Assembly: GCF_006345805.1 (NCBI RefSeq)
Contig: NC_042999.1
Coordinates: 26,722,001-26,786,000 of the forward strand
DNA: 64,000 bases
Direction of reading: 5' to 3'
Source: Octopus sinensis
Taxonomy: Eukaryota
The notes below the pieces were generated by a model. The model made no database searches, was not told the DNA's origin, and saw only the letters and a list, made by a program, of their open reading frames with translations. The translations under genes and the position numbers were made by a program. Each line of letters begins with the position of its first letter. Positions within the stretch are counted from its first letter, which is position 1. Below are positions 23,116 to 35,566 of this stretch, in pieces.

Positions 23116-25538
23116 AAAACAATTAAGATTCAAGTGAGTTCCAATGAATTCACATGAATGCGATACTTAACTTAGATGCACCAGAAATCTATATGGTATT
23201 AACCATAAAACAATGTGGGGTGATTATAAACAAGAAAAAAGCAACAAGAATGGATTAGTTGTTCAGTACAATTGTTTCATACGAAGAACAGCTTTATTAA
23301 AAGCTGCAAATATTGCAGCAAATATAAGTGTCCCGTATTCATCAGCCAAAACACATATGAGTTTTCCAAACATCCTAGGGTGTGAGGCTACACTCATGAA
23401 GTATCGAAGAGAGTTCTATAAAAAGCAAAGTTAGATTGTAAGCAGACTCCAAAAGTTCTCTAATGATGCACAGTTTTATAAAAGGTGTTTTAAAAAGTTT
23501 GTTAGCTTCACAGAAAAGGTAAATCCATCCATAATAATGCAGGTGTAATTTCCGGAGATATGAAGAGATATTTCATACTCAGAGACGATGAATTTATCCA
23601 TAATAATGTAGATGTAATTTCCTGATGTATGAGAAGATGCTGATCACACTTCTGTTCATTTCACAAAACTAGTATGTCGGAAGAAGAAATTGACTATATT
23701 GGCTAAAAGGAGTCAGTGAAGCAGAAACCAACCAAATAAGGGCATTATGGGACAAAAGGGAGGGAGGGGTGTAAGTACACAATCTACAAAGATTAGCTTA
23801 TTTCTGTAGTGACAGAAAATCTAGGTCAGAGTAGCAGGAAACTGAGATTTATAAAAGAGAACATTACTTTTGACCATCATACAGCTATTAACTGCCACTC
23901 CTACAGAGTTAAAGGCAGGTATAAGAATATAAAGAGAACAAAAGAAAGTATCAAAGAGGTCAAAGGCTATCAGTAGAGGAAGATACATTAAGAGATTTAA
24001 GTGCAACACTAGAACAGGAGGTTATTTATTTATTTATTTATTTATTTATGCTTTTTTCTATTTATACAAATGTTTATACATTTTAAGACAGACTTTAGGT
24101 CTATACCTAGAGGTGAATTAATTTCTATAGTAAAAGGTGTGAGAGTATTGTTTATTCAAAATATAGTGAAAATCATAGTGAAAATTCCTTATATTATTAT
24201 TAAGGGAGTAGCATTACTTATTAAACTTAGAATAGAATTAGGAAGTATTAGCAATTTATTTGATTTAAGTTGGGTTAATTAAATTAGATTAAAGTTAGAT
24301 TAAATTAAATTAACTATATAGTCAATTAAAATTTTTGGCAACGTACAAATACCATTTGTTTCTATGTGTTCTAAAACAGGTACAGTTAGAAAGAAAGAAC
24401 ACCAGTGGAAGAGCTCACAGATATCTATTTATTTAAAATGTGTATATCTATGGGTGCATTATATGTGTGTGTATATATTTGTGTATGTGTGTGGCTGTAT
24501 GTGTGCATGTATGTATATGTGTATATTTGTACACATGAATGTCCATGGATATGTGCAGTGTATGTGCGAGTAGGTGTGTATGTAAATGTGTATGTATCTA
24601 TGTATTCGATTTACTAGGAAAGGCAAACATATCTACTTGAACTAACAGAACATCGTAGATACGTTGAGATATTGAATGTTATTTCCTATCTGTGATGTAC
24701 GTCGGAAACTTTAAAGTCTGGAATGCCTTTGATCAATGGCCCACATTCTTGAGTTTAAACAAGCGTGATAATTACAGCAAGAACGGTAATAATAAAAACT
24801 ACAATGATGTTTAAGTCGAAAATCAATATCGTAATCTTGTCTCTATTGCCTCTGAGAAAGGCATCAGTGTCATAGCAGCTCATTTCTCTGATTGAATAAC
24901 ACAAAGCCCCTAGCTAATTTAAATCAATATTACAACAGAACAATAGATTCGGTCAATATTTACATCCATCTCTTAATTCGCAGCCGTTATGATATAAGAA
25001 ATCAACATTCTCAGAGTATTGCATTTCAAGAAAATGTAACTGACCTCAGGCCATATCTATATGTGACAATATATAATCATTGTAATTCAGATTTTTCTCT
25101 TCTACATAGAAACTAGCATTTACTCTCTCCTATTACAAAAGCATAATTACTTAATATCGAATTTACAGGTATTTGTTTGTTTAGAAGCACGAAATAGTAA
25201 GGTTTCGTTGTACAGTTATATATCTATCACGTTTTACAGGTTTTGTTCGCTTTAATAGACGATACTACGTTGTAGGGCGTGAGTCTCATGTCATTTAGAA
25301 AATTTAATTAGAGTAAGGTGAATTTGAAGTAATTAATTAATTAGTAAATTAATTTATTATTAGATGTCTTGCAGCTTTTGTGGGATATCCCAAGTGAGAA
25401 GTTAGCATCTCCATACACTAGGTATTCCGTTATCAGAGAGAAGGTGATTATGTTTGAATGTTCCATTCAGGGAATTCTCAGTTTCCAAAGGAATAAAATA
25501 CTAGACAAAAGAATAAAATGATTAAACAACAAATAGAA

Positions 25539-25995
25539 GAATACAGACAAGAGAATAAAGTTCATTGCTCATCTTCTTCCAGAGGATATGGAGGTTGGTC
25601 CGTACTTCCGTGAGGATATAGGTCAAGTAGTATTTGGCAGTATTTTGAACGTTGCGTTCATGTTGAAGGAATGATTTAAGTGGCTCGCTTGTATGAAAAT
25701 GGTCTACGTTGGTATATAAAGTGAGAAAGACAGGCATAATTGTAGACAAATGGAACCCATATGTGTCCATCATTACTGTCTTTCTCACTCTGTATACCCA
25801 CGTGGATCATTTTCATACCAGCTAACCACTTGATTTATTCCTTCAACATGAACGCAACATTCAAAATACTACCAAATACTGCCTGGACTTACCTGGGATT
25901 ATGCTCATGGAAATACGCCTTCGCGGAAGTACGGACTGACCTCCATACCCTCTAGAAGAAGATGAGTTGTAAACTTTATTTCCGTGTCTGTATTC
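25539..25995. repeat. Foldback with about 190-bp arms (25539-25733 / 25776-25995)
   Basis: ttgaacgttgcgttcatgttgaaggaat / attccttcaacatgaacgcaacattcaa; right arm carries an about 30-nt insertion. Confidence 0.9.
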
Positions 25996-26169
25996 TCTCT
26001 ATCTACTATTTTATTCCTTCAGAAACTGAATTCCCTTTCCAGAACTTCCATATATACTCACCTTGTCTCTGAGAGTGAAAAGCTGACATTTGCTTTGACG
26101 TAAGAGTAGAAAGTGGAAGAGAGGAGAAAGTGAAAGATGGACGTGTGTGTGCGAGAGAGGGAGAGAGAG

Positions 26170-26930
26170 AGTGAAAGTGTGTTGTCATGTATGTATTTTT
26201 TGCATGTATGTGTGACACTCACTCTCTCTGTCTCATGCACACCCACACATACATACAAAAAAAGATGTATGCATATGTATTTATGCATGTACGTATATAC
26301 GAAAGATAATGTGTGCGTTTTTGTGCGAGAGAGTGAAAGCCACTTACACATACATGCAAAAAATACATACATGACAGCACACAACTTCTCTCTCTCTCTC
26401 TCTCACACATACACACACACACACACACAAACACTTTCGGAAAAGATGTACGCATTTGTATATGTGTATGTACGTGTATATGAAAGGTAGTGTCTGCGTG
26501 TGTGTGTGAGAAAGAGTGAAAGCCAATTACACATACATGCAGAAAACACATACATCACAACACACACCTTCACTCACTCTCTCTCGAACTCTCTCTCATA
26601 CACACATACACACTAAAAAGATGTATGCATATATATTTATGTATGTACTTGTATATGAAAGATAGTGTGTGTGTGAGAGAGAGAGAGAGAGAGTGCCAAT
26701 TACACATACATGACAACACACACCTTCACATACTCTCCTTCTCTATCTCATACACATTCACACGTACACACAAAAAGATGTATGAATGCACGTGTATATG
26801 AAAGATGTGTGTCTATGTGTGTGTGAGAGAGAGAGCCACTTACATATACATGCAAAACAGTAAAGGCATGACAACACACCTTGACTCACTCAATTTACCT
26901 CTCTCTCTCTCACACACACACTCACGCACA
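26170..26930. repeat. Diverged array of about five 140-180-bp units built from CA/GA microsatellite modules
   Basis: Recurring tacacatacatg..acaacacac, aaaagatgtatg and atatgaaagat motifs; the array head contains an inverted motif copy. Confidence 0.8.
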
Positions 26931-27798
26931 AAAGAGTTATATAAACAATAATTCATTTTAATAGCATAGCTTTCTGTTAGAAAATGTTTTTTTCCTTCCA
27001 CACACATAGCTTCGTTTTATTCAAGTGGCGGTAAAAGTTTAGATTACAATTTATTTTGTAGCTTATATTCCACCAATGGACCACGCATTTGGTACTTCGG
27101 CATCATCAATCATTCCATAAAATGTGTTTAATGGGAGAAAAATATTGAAAAAATATCAATACATATGAGAGTGAAAACGGAGGGTGGTTTGGTTTGTGAT
27201 AGAAACAATAGCGAAAACTCCCTTGAATTTTTCAGCTTTTATTCTGAAAATATTTAAAACATTTGTTTTATTTTTTTTACATAAAATGTTCCTTCCATGT
27301 TTTTTAAGTTAAAAAAGAAGATGGTCAAAATCGGTCCGTCTATTTATTATTTAAAAATGATATTGTTATAGCGTTCCAAACCACCATAACAACAGGATCA
27401 CATTAATTTTTTTTTTACAAAAATATACCAGTATATCAAAACTTTTTCATTCTATAAATGTTTTTATATTACGTATACATTAATAGAATAAACTGTCGGC
27501 TTTCCAAATAGTGAATTAAAACTTGAAATGAAAACATTGAAAGAGAGAATGAGAGACTTAGCAAATGAAAATAGAATACACCGCAGTGAATGCAACGAAT
27601 ATTTAAATTTGTGAGAAATCGGGGACCAAAAATCCAATAAAGTTTAGAAATCGAAGTTATAGAAATTTCTTGGAAGCTAAATTTTAAAAAATTCCACACG
27701 ATTAGGCCTTTAATAATTGCTTTCTTTTTGTACTTTTACATACTTGTTACAAAGCTAATTAATAAGCAACATTCTCCATTATAATATATATATTTATT

Positions 27799-27840
<42 letters not shown>

Positions 27841-27880
27841 TATATATATTATATATATATACATACATATATATATATAT

Positions 27881-27914
<34 letters not shown>

Positions 27915-27915
27915 G

Positions 27916-27982
<67 letters not shown>

Positions 27983-27998
27983 AATAATAATAATAATA
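27915..27998. repeat. (AAT)n microsatellite after a long (TA)n
   Basis: Direct reading. Confidence 0.95.
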
Positions 27999-28317
27999 GG
28001 GAGTATATCCAAACTTACAGGGAATAATTAGATTTAGGATAAAACAAATTTCACCGTATAAATATAAATTAAATTAGAGATAAAACAACTATTAGGCAAC
28101 TCAAAAAGTGATAGACATAAACCAAAACATAAATAAGAATTAAAAAATTTAAAAATTTAAATAAAAAAATTAAAATTGTTATTATTTAATTTTAATTTTA
28201 AATTTTATATTATATATATATATATTATATATTGTATTAATAATTTTATTTTTTGTTATTTATGTTTTGGTTTATGTCTATTACTGTTTGAGTTGCCTAA
28301 TAGTGGTTTTATCTCTA
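27998..28317. repeat. Foldback member of a repeat family also at 62040-62290
   Basis: Shared atatccaaa.ttacaggga...gatttagga start; inverted arms 28075-28136 / 28257-28317. Confidence 0.82.
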
Positions 28318-28532
28318 CTCTTTTACTCTTTTACTTGTTTCAGTCATTTGACTGCGGCTATGCTGGAGCACCGCCTTTTAGTCGAGCAAATCGACCCCAG
28401 GACTTATTCTTTGTAAGCCTAGTACTTATTCTATCGGTCTCTTTTGCCGAACCGCTAAGTAACGGGGACGTAAACATACCAGCATCGGTTGTCAAGCGAT
28501 GTTGGGGGGACAAACACAGACACACAAACACG

Positions 28533-28570
<38 letters not shown>

Positions 28571-28726
28571 CGACAGGCTTCTTTCAGTTTCCGTCTACCA
28601 AATTCACTCACAAGGCTTTGGTCGGCCCGAGGCTATATTAGAAGACACTTGCCCAAGGTGCCACGCAGTGGGACTGAACCCGGAACCGTGTGGTTGGTAA
28701 GCAAAACTACTTACCACACAGCCACT
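28318..28726 (-). mobile_element. SINE family A, full length
   Basis: Reverse complement of the 8808 copy. Confidence 0.92.
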
Positions 28727-29128
28727 TAATTTATTTATTTATATATATTGGAGAGTAAAGGTAGGAAAAATTATATCTTAAAATCACAATAGAGATAAGT
28801 GCATTATATAAACAATATTGTATTAATAAATAAATAAAGTACAGTTATGATCCTTAAAATGAAAAAAAAATATTGAAAGTTCTTACGATCCTTTCATGAA
28901 TATAATATCTCTCAAAATGAAATCTAAAGTTGATTAGCATCGTTGGGAAGTATATCCACTCATCAGAGAAAAGGATGGATTTCAGTCGAGGAAATCGACT
29001 GAAGGAAATACTTTTTAAAACTGAATGCGAAAGGTGATGTTTGAAAAACATATTGGTATATATCCGTGTTAGTATAAATCCACACACCCTTAGAGAATTT
29101 GCTATAATTCAATCTGCTACTCCTCCCA

Positions 29129-29351
29129 TTATTGTTTAATCGTAAATTTCGGTGTCTTTAATTCTATTTCGGTTAAATTGTCTTTAATACCTGCTGCAGT
29201 TGGTGTTGTTATACTTGGTTTATATTGCGGTTGATCATTATTGTGTAACATTGTACGAAACATAAATGGTATGTCGTTATCTGGATCTTCATTCAGGCAT
29301 CCACTACTTTTTATTTGTTTCAGCACAAGACGATTGCCGAAATATGCATAC
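29129..29351 (-). CDS. Candidate terminal coding exon of an unidentified gene
   Basis: Branch-like ctaac plus tttctag acceptor, then open frame YAYFGNRLVLKQIKSSGCLNEDPDNDIPFMFRTML...FTIKQ*; no homology recognised. Confidence 0.22.
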
Positions 29352-30708
29352 CTAGAAATGTTAGTATATGAATGTATGTGTTTATGCATGTGTGTGTACG
29401 TGTTTGTGTGTGAGTATCTTTGTAGAATTAAAGCAACCCACGACAGTTAGGCAAACATAGTAAAGATAGATCTATATGGTAATGTTTGATCTTGTACCAC
29501 CATGGAGATGTTATTTCGAAGGCTTATTTTATATACCAGGATATTGTTCGAAACCTTTTGGACGAAATGCTTAGTTGTTGCTAGAGCACCTGCAAACTTT
29601 AACAAGTGTTTATCTAATAGCATTTTCATACATGTGTGTTATTAAATTTTGAATAACACTATTACGACGGCACTACGCATTTAGAATCATTAAATATTTT
29701 TTACATGTGAGTTAAGAACCCATCACTGTTAAAGAGTGAAATTAGAAATTTCCGAAAATGTGTAAAAGTCATGTTGATTAAGAATTGTGGGTTTCCTCTG
29801 CTAAAACAGCCTGCTTTCTGCTGAATAAAACTATATCATTCTTTAAGATACTTTAACATTCTGCAAATTTCACTGAAATCACTGTTTATATATGGCTCAT
29901 TCTGACTAATCGACTCAGCGTTAGGATCTCTGGTGAGCAATGAGTCCCGTTTTAAAGTTTATTAACCGATCAAAAATTTTCTCACCTCTCTTCCATTCTA
30001 AATTAGAAGCACCAATTAGTTGCGAGAAATATTTTCCTCGGGAGAAGGTACTAGTCATTACTTAGTTCGGAGGTTTCATTATACAAGGCATGCACTATTG
30101 AATAATTTGATGGTCAGTTACAGCAGTACTGTGGTTGTTAATTTTACGATGTAGTACCCTATGCGTGGTCCTGTCGTCTCTTCTACAAGGTGGTTACTTG
30201 TTTTCTAATTCAAAATCTGAAGTTATCTATCCTATCTTCGATTTCACCACAACCATTTAAATTAAATTTGATTAATAGAAACTATGTGACGAGGATTATT
30301 CCTGCTTAGAAAGTAGACTCAGTACGTGACCGTGGTTATGATTGCCAACTGGTTCTTAGGGGCACTTTAAAGGACTGTACTCTGTTATTAGTATTTGGGG
30401 ATGTCTATCATTTTTGTCGTCACCAATTAAACAGGCTTTGGACATAGTTCTGGAGGGAGATCCTCCTAAAATTCATTTCAGAAAGAAAATACTAATTCAT
30501 AAAAATAAAGAATAATATTAGATAGATTCATTTCACAAAGGCCGGCCTTTCGGTGTTGATAAATAAGTGCCAGTTGGGCACTGAAGTCGATGTAATCGAC
30601 TTATCCCAACTCTGAAATTGTGTCAAAATTTGAAACTAATATTAGATACATTCCAGTATCTCATTTACAGTGTGAACCAAAGGTCACGCACCAATACCTT
30701 TGACTCAT

Positions 30709-30896
30709 AATCGTTAGCACGCAGGGACAAATGCTTAGCGGCATTTTGTCCGTCTTCACGTTATGACTTCAAAATCTGCCGAGATCGGCTTTGCCTTTCA
30801 TCCTTTCGCAGTCGAAAAATTTAAGTACCAGTGAAACACTGGGGTCGATGTAATCGACTAGTCCCCTCCCCAGAAATTTCAGGTTTTGTACCTATA
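30709..30896 (+). mobile_element. SINE family C, diverged
   Basis: aatcgttagcacg...ttcaaaatctgccgagatcggctttgcctttcatcctttcgcagtcg. Confidence 0.82.
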
Positions 30897-30904
30897 CGAT
30901 CACT

Positions 30905-30964
30905 CTTCTTCTTCTTCTTCTTCTCTTCTTCTTCTTCTTCTTCTTCTTATTATTATTATTATTA

Positions 30965-31016
<52 letters not shown>
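30905..31016. repeat. Compound (CTT)n-(ATT)n microsatellite
   Basis: Direct reading. Confidence 0.95.
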
Positions 31017-31018
<2 letters not shown>

Positions 31019-31621
31019 TTGCGTCTATCATATATAAACACGTGTGTATTCATCCTTAGTTTGTTTATTCTATTTAATTTTGGGGAAAATGTAGAATGCA
31101 TTTGACATTGCCATCGCGTATTAATTTTTGGCCCAACCGGATCGCAAACATCTCTGATACTTTTATTACATAATTTTTCATAATTTTTCCTGCCGATATG
31201 TTAGTCATTTTAACCAGGGTATAACCTATTGCTATTTATAAGAAGTGCTAAATATCACCGTAAATAATACGCCTATTTGTAAAGAGGTAACATATGTAAG
31301 TTCATTTCAGAGCGTTCAATTCTTATTACCCTTGTGTTAGTGTTCGTATTATTTAATATATCAGCAGCAACTAGTAGTGTCATGACTCAAATGTTCAATT
31401 CTAACTTTCGGTCTCCCTATATGCACCTGGCAATATTTTCTTTGCTTTGGCATTGCTGTCTTACTCCTCTATCCAGTGTACATTGCCCTAAACATCCTTC
31501 CGTCTCTACTCGGAAAAGTTACGTTGATGTCTAAGTTTCGCAGTAAAGTTTATATTTAGGTGAGGAATTGAGGAATTTTCATACTGCAGAAGTAGGTAAA
31601 TAAAATTTGAATAGCACTAGG

Positions 31622-32222
31622 CCAGTAATTTGATGGATATGGTAAGTATATTACATCGACTTAGTGCTCGATTAGCACTTATTTCGGATCTTTTCGATTT
31701 GAACGGCAGCTTTTAACATAATTTCTAGGTAATTAAAAAAATTTTAAATTCGTATACTGGTAGGATGTGTTTATAACACATCTTTTTCTCTTGACTTTAT
31801 TGAGAAAATTCTATAGTTTGTAAGATATTTGTTGTTTTTTTCTTCAATTTCTGCAATTTCAACCAATCAGTGACGTCTATTGAGTCAAAAAGCATTATGT
31901 GCCGTATGAATATTTCCCTCGTTTAAGAAACAGATTGGGTTTATTTACATTTGTGAAGAGAAAAAGATACCCTTCACCCACTCCTAACCCTAACACTAAC
32001 TAACCCTAACCTTAAAAGAGATTGAAATGCAATAGATCGATTCTAGGGTCATAATTATGGGTGACAATTTCATATGACACCGCTAGAAAAAATGCCGTTC
32101 AAACCGAAAAGATCCCTTATTTCATCAACCTCGAAAGGATGGAAGACTAGGGCAGCCTCAGTGGAATTTGAACTCAGAACGCAAGCATTTTGCCCAGCGT
32201 GCTAACGATTCTGCCAGCTTCC
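31622..32222 (-). mobile_element. SINE family C split by a MITE insertion
   Basis: tacatcgacttagtgctcgattagcacttatttc [MITE] atcaacctcgaaaggatg...gctaacgattctgccagct; left boundary approximate. Confidence 0.75.
31686..32115. mobile_element. Complete MITE with 23-bp TIRs, 8-bp TSD and internal telomere-like repeats (Merlin- or hAT/P-type)
   Basis: TIR ggatcttttcgatttgaacggca / tgccgttcaaaccgaaaagatcc (one mismatch); TSD cttatttc at 31678-31685 and 32116-32123; cctaaccctaac array near 31983-32013. Confidence 0.93.
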
Positions 32223-32269
32223 TGCATTGAGTAAATAGATAATATTGTTCTCATATTTTGGCTCATGAC

Positions 32270-32400
32270 CAGGAATTTCGTGGAAGGCGATAGTCAATTA
32301 TATCGATTCGTTCTGGTACTTATTTTATCGATCCCGAGAGGATGTATGGCAAAATCGTCCACGACGGAAATTGAACACCGAATTTTAAGACGGGCGAACT
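32270..32400 (-). mobile_element. SINE family C fragment
   Basis: ctggtacttattttatcgatcccgagaggatg...gaaattgaac. Confidence 0.65.
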
Positions 32401-33789
32401 ACTGTTCAGTCAGCTAGCTGTGTTTTGTTTTTTAGTTCGAATTTTTTCTCTACTAATTAATATTTCCAATTAGCATTTCAACGTTTCTTACAATAGATAT
32501 GTTAGTCGTAAACTAATTGTAATATATTGATATTATTCATTCTAGGGTGTCATGGCAGGAAATGATCACATATTGATTGTGAATTCACTATAAAAGATTA
32601 TATGAAATGCATTTTTCTTCAAGAAAATTAGGCTTTCCTCAAAATCCTACCTTCCCTCTTTGAAATGGCGTCATTTCAAAACGCCTTGAAGACGTTGTGT
32701 CATGTGTACTGTAAAGCGTTTAAGATTGATATATGACTAAAAATTAAAAAAAAACATGTTGCAATGAGACAAAATAAACAATTAATTATCAATAATATAT
32801 ACAATTTCTTTCTTCTCTTACTCCTCCTTAACGTCCGCTGTTACAAATCTTTCTCCTAACTCTATGTTAATTTTCGTTTTATATTCTTATTTTCTGTCTA
32901 GATATAATGTATGCTGAGTGCTACTAAAAATAGCAGTAAAATTGGGTCATTTTGTTATTAATTGTGGTATTCATTTTCGTATAAAGAGAAACCAATCTCA
33001 GATCTATATTAGTCTACTTTCAGAAAATTCCTTCTTCATATGTCTCCTTTTCGAAAGACCAATTTTGCAGATTTTTGTAATCATTTCTTTCCAATTACAT
33101 CGCTGAAATCACTAAAGAAAGACTAAACGACACACAGCCTTACCTTCATTCAATTATAAATCAGATGCCTTCCTTCTGTATAATAAATCAATATTGAGGT
33201 TATATACATTTGCATAACAAAAAATTTATAATCGTTCGATAATGTGAATTGATTTTCAGTCCACGATGTACGCTTTAACCTAACATAAACTGATTATATC
33301 CCCTCTTAATTGAGATGTTTGCTATAGTTTCACAGTTTATATTGTTCTCGGAGCAAAATGAAGTAACCACACAAATTAGCCACTTAGTAAATTCAGAGGA
33401 GATGAAATTGCCTGTTTTCATGTATACAATGTCTACCTTATGAGCATTGTATGTAGGATTACATTATAAATCAGGAAACAAGAGATAAATAAGAGATGTG
33501 TTGGTGAATAGCCAGCAGTAAATATTATTAAAGAGAAACTCCATAAGAATAAAATGTTTTAGAAGATACCATGTAAATCATTTATGTCGCTGTGAGAAAC
33601 ATATTCTTTGTAAATTTGTAAATGGTCTGCGTGTAGTTATATATACATACACACCACCATATAAATATATGCATACATATTTAAATATATATATATATAT
33701 ATATGTATGTATTCATGTATATATGTATATATGTATATCTATCTCTCTGTCTATCTCTGTATCAAAATATATACCTATCTCTCTCTCTT

Positions 33790-33844
<55 letters not shown>

Positions 33845-33848
33845 TAAT

Positions 33849-33970
33849 AATATGTTACATTACTCAATAGTCAAGATAAAACTCTGAGTTTCAGATGCCG
33901 AAGTGGAAATCCACAACACCATCTTTTCGGTTATCTGGCCATTCTTGACTATTGAGTAATGTAACATATT
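33849..33970. repeat. Perfect 27-bp inverted repeat with partly self-complementary spacer
   Basis: aatatgttacattactcaatagtcaag (33849-33875) / cttgactattgagtaatgtaacatatt (33944-33970). Confidence 0.93.
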
Positions 33971-34044
33971 ATTTTATAGATAAATTTCCTCTATTTACAT
34001 AATATTGAGGTCTCTTTCTTTCTTTTGTTATCTTACCGTTTTTA

Positions 34045-34079
<35 letters not shown>

Positions 34080-34509
34080 CAGAATATATATATAAGATTT
34101 TTTTCTATAAGTATTATTGCTACCTTAAGATTATAATTAATGATAAAATGTTTTTGGCTAAATTTGGAAGAAAATCGGCAATATATTTATTTAATGCCGG
34201 TTGAGTTCCGCATTTGCGCGGCGGATTCGAAACATTAGAACCTATAGACACGTGGCTGATCATTTGTCGCTCCGTATCTATGTGTTCGGTCCTTGCAACC
34301 TACTGAAGAAGCAGCGCCAGATATAGATTGAAATTATTTTATTTCAATCTGTATTCAAGTCTGCAGAATCCTTGCATTGTCTAGGATAATAAGGTAAACA
34401 TTTTTATTTTTCAGTATTACAATTTGTGGCTTGCAGTTTAACTGCTCTTTCTAGTGAGTCAGATATCCTATCTTTTGGGTATCTCTTATGTATTTGAATG
34501 TATACTGTA

Positions 34510-34514
34510 TTCTT

Positions 34515-34553
<39 letters not shown>

Positions 34554-34614
34554 ATATATATATATATATATATTTATATACATATGTATAGCTATCTATC
34601 TATCTATCTATATG

Positions 34615-34690
<76 letters not shown>

Positions 34691-34693
34691 CTA

Positions 34694-34737
<44 letters not shown>

Positions 34738-34740
34738 TTA
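34510..34740. repeat. Compound (CT)n/(TA)n/(TATC)n microsatellite
   Basis: Direct reading. Confidence 0.95.
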
Positions 34741-35566
34741 CATGCACACACTCAATTCTCTCTTTGCACGGGGGATAAGTTCCAGAGAGAACCATGCAAA
34801 ATAAAACTGTGTAAAAAATATACAGTTTACATATGAAAATTAGAAATAGGTTCCATCCAAAAATATTTAATAAAAACATGTTAATTTTCATATGAAAATT
34901 GAATTTTTTTAAATATTTATACATATATATATATAATATATACATATACATACATACTTATAAACATATATACACACACACATATATATATGTGTGGGGG
35001 TGTGTGTGTATTTCAATACGGAGAAAATAATTCACGAGAAAAAATGAAGATAAAATTGACTCTATCATTATCTATTGTAACAATGTAAGAATCATAAGAA
35101 CAGAATCAATAATATAGGCGATTACAGGTCCATAAAAGCATTAAATAGCTGAAGGATTAAATTTATTCGAAGGACTTATTAATTATGTCTACCTGATAGA
35201 AATGTTAGTCAAATACACTTATAATGAATACATGAATAAATTGCCCAAACCCAAACGGGCTAAGACAATCTCTCTTCATACATTCAAGTATTTGGACTCT
35301 AGTGGACTGGTTTCCTGAGTGGCTTAATAGCCTCCCCTCCTTCAGTGTGAGTTACCATGACAAAGGGCCACAACCCGTCATGCTGAAGTCAGCGCAGCAA
35401 CTGATTCCTTTTGCGCCGAATCAGGGCAAACACGAGTGTGAAAATATTTTCAATACGGAGCAAATAATTCACTGGAAAATAATGCACAAACACACACGTG
35501 CGCGCGCACACACACACATATATAAATATATATAACATATAAAATATATATAATAAACATAATCAG

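Noticed and set aside
23213-23700. Possible Tc1-like transposase relic with a 69-bp tandem duplication
   Set aside because: Only vague HTH-like resemblance; no DDE motif or TIR found
23820-24360. Strand-biased AT-rich stretch considered as a NUMT
   Set aside because: Stops remain under the invertebrate mitochondrial code and no mitochondrial protein motif was recognised
31560-31595. 36-bp AG...GT-bounded open micro-exon (GEELRNFHTAEV); similar candidates at about 281-320 and 25366-25422
   Set aside because: Short AG/GT-bounded frames arise by chance in AT-rich DNA, and no consistent gene model links them
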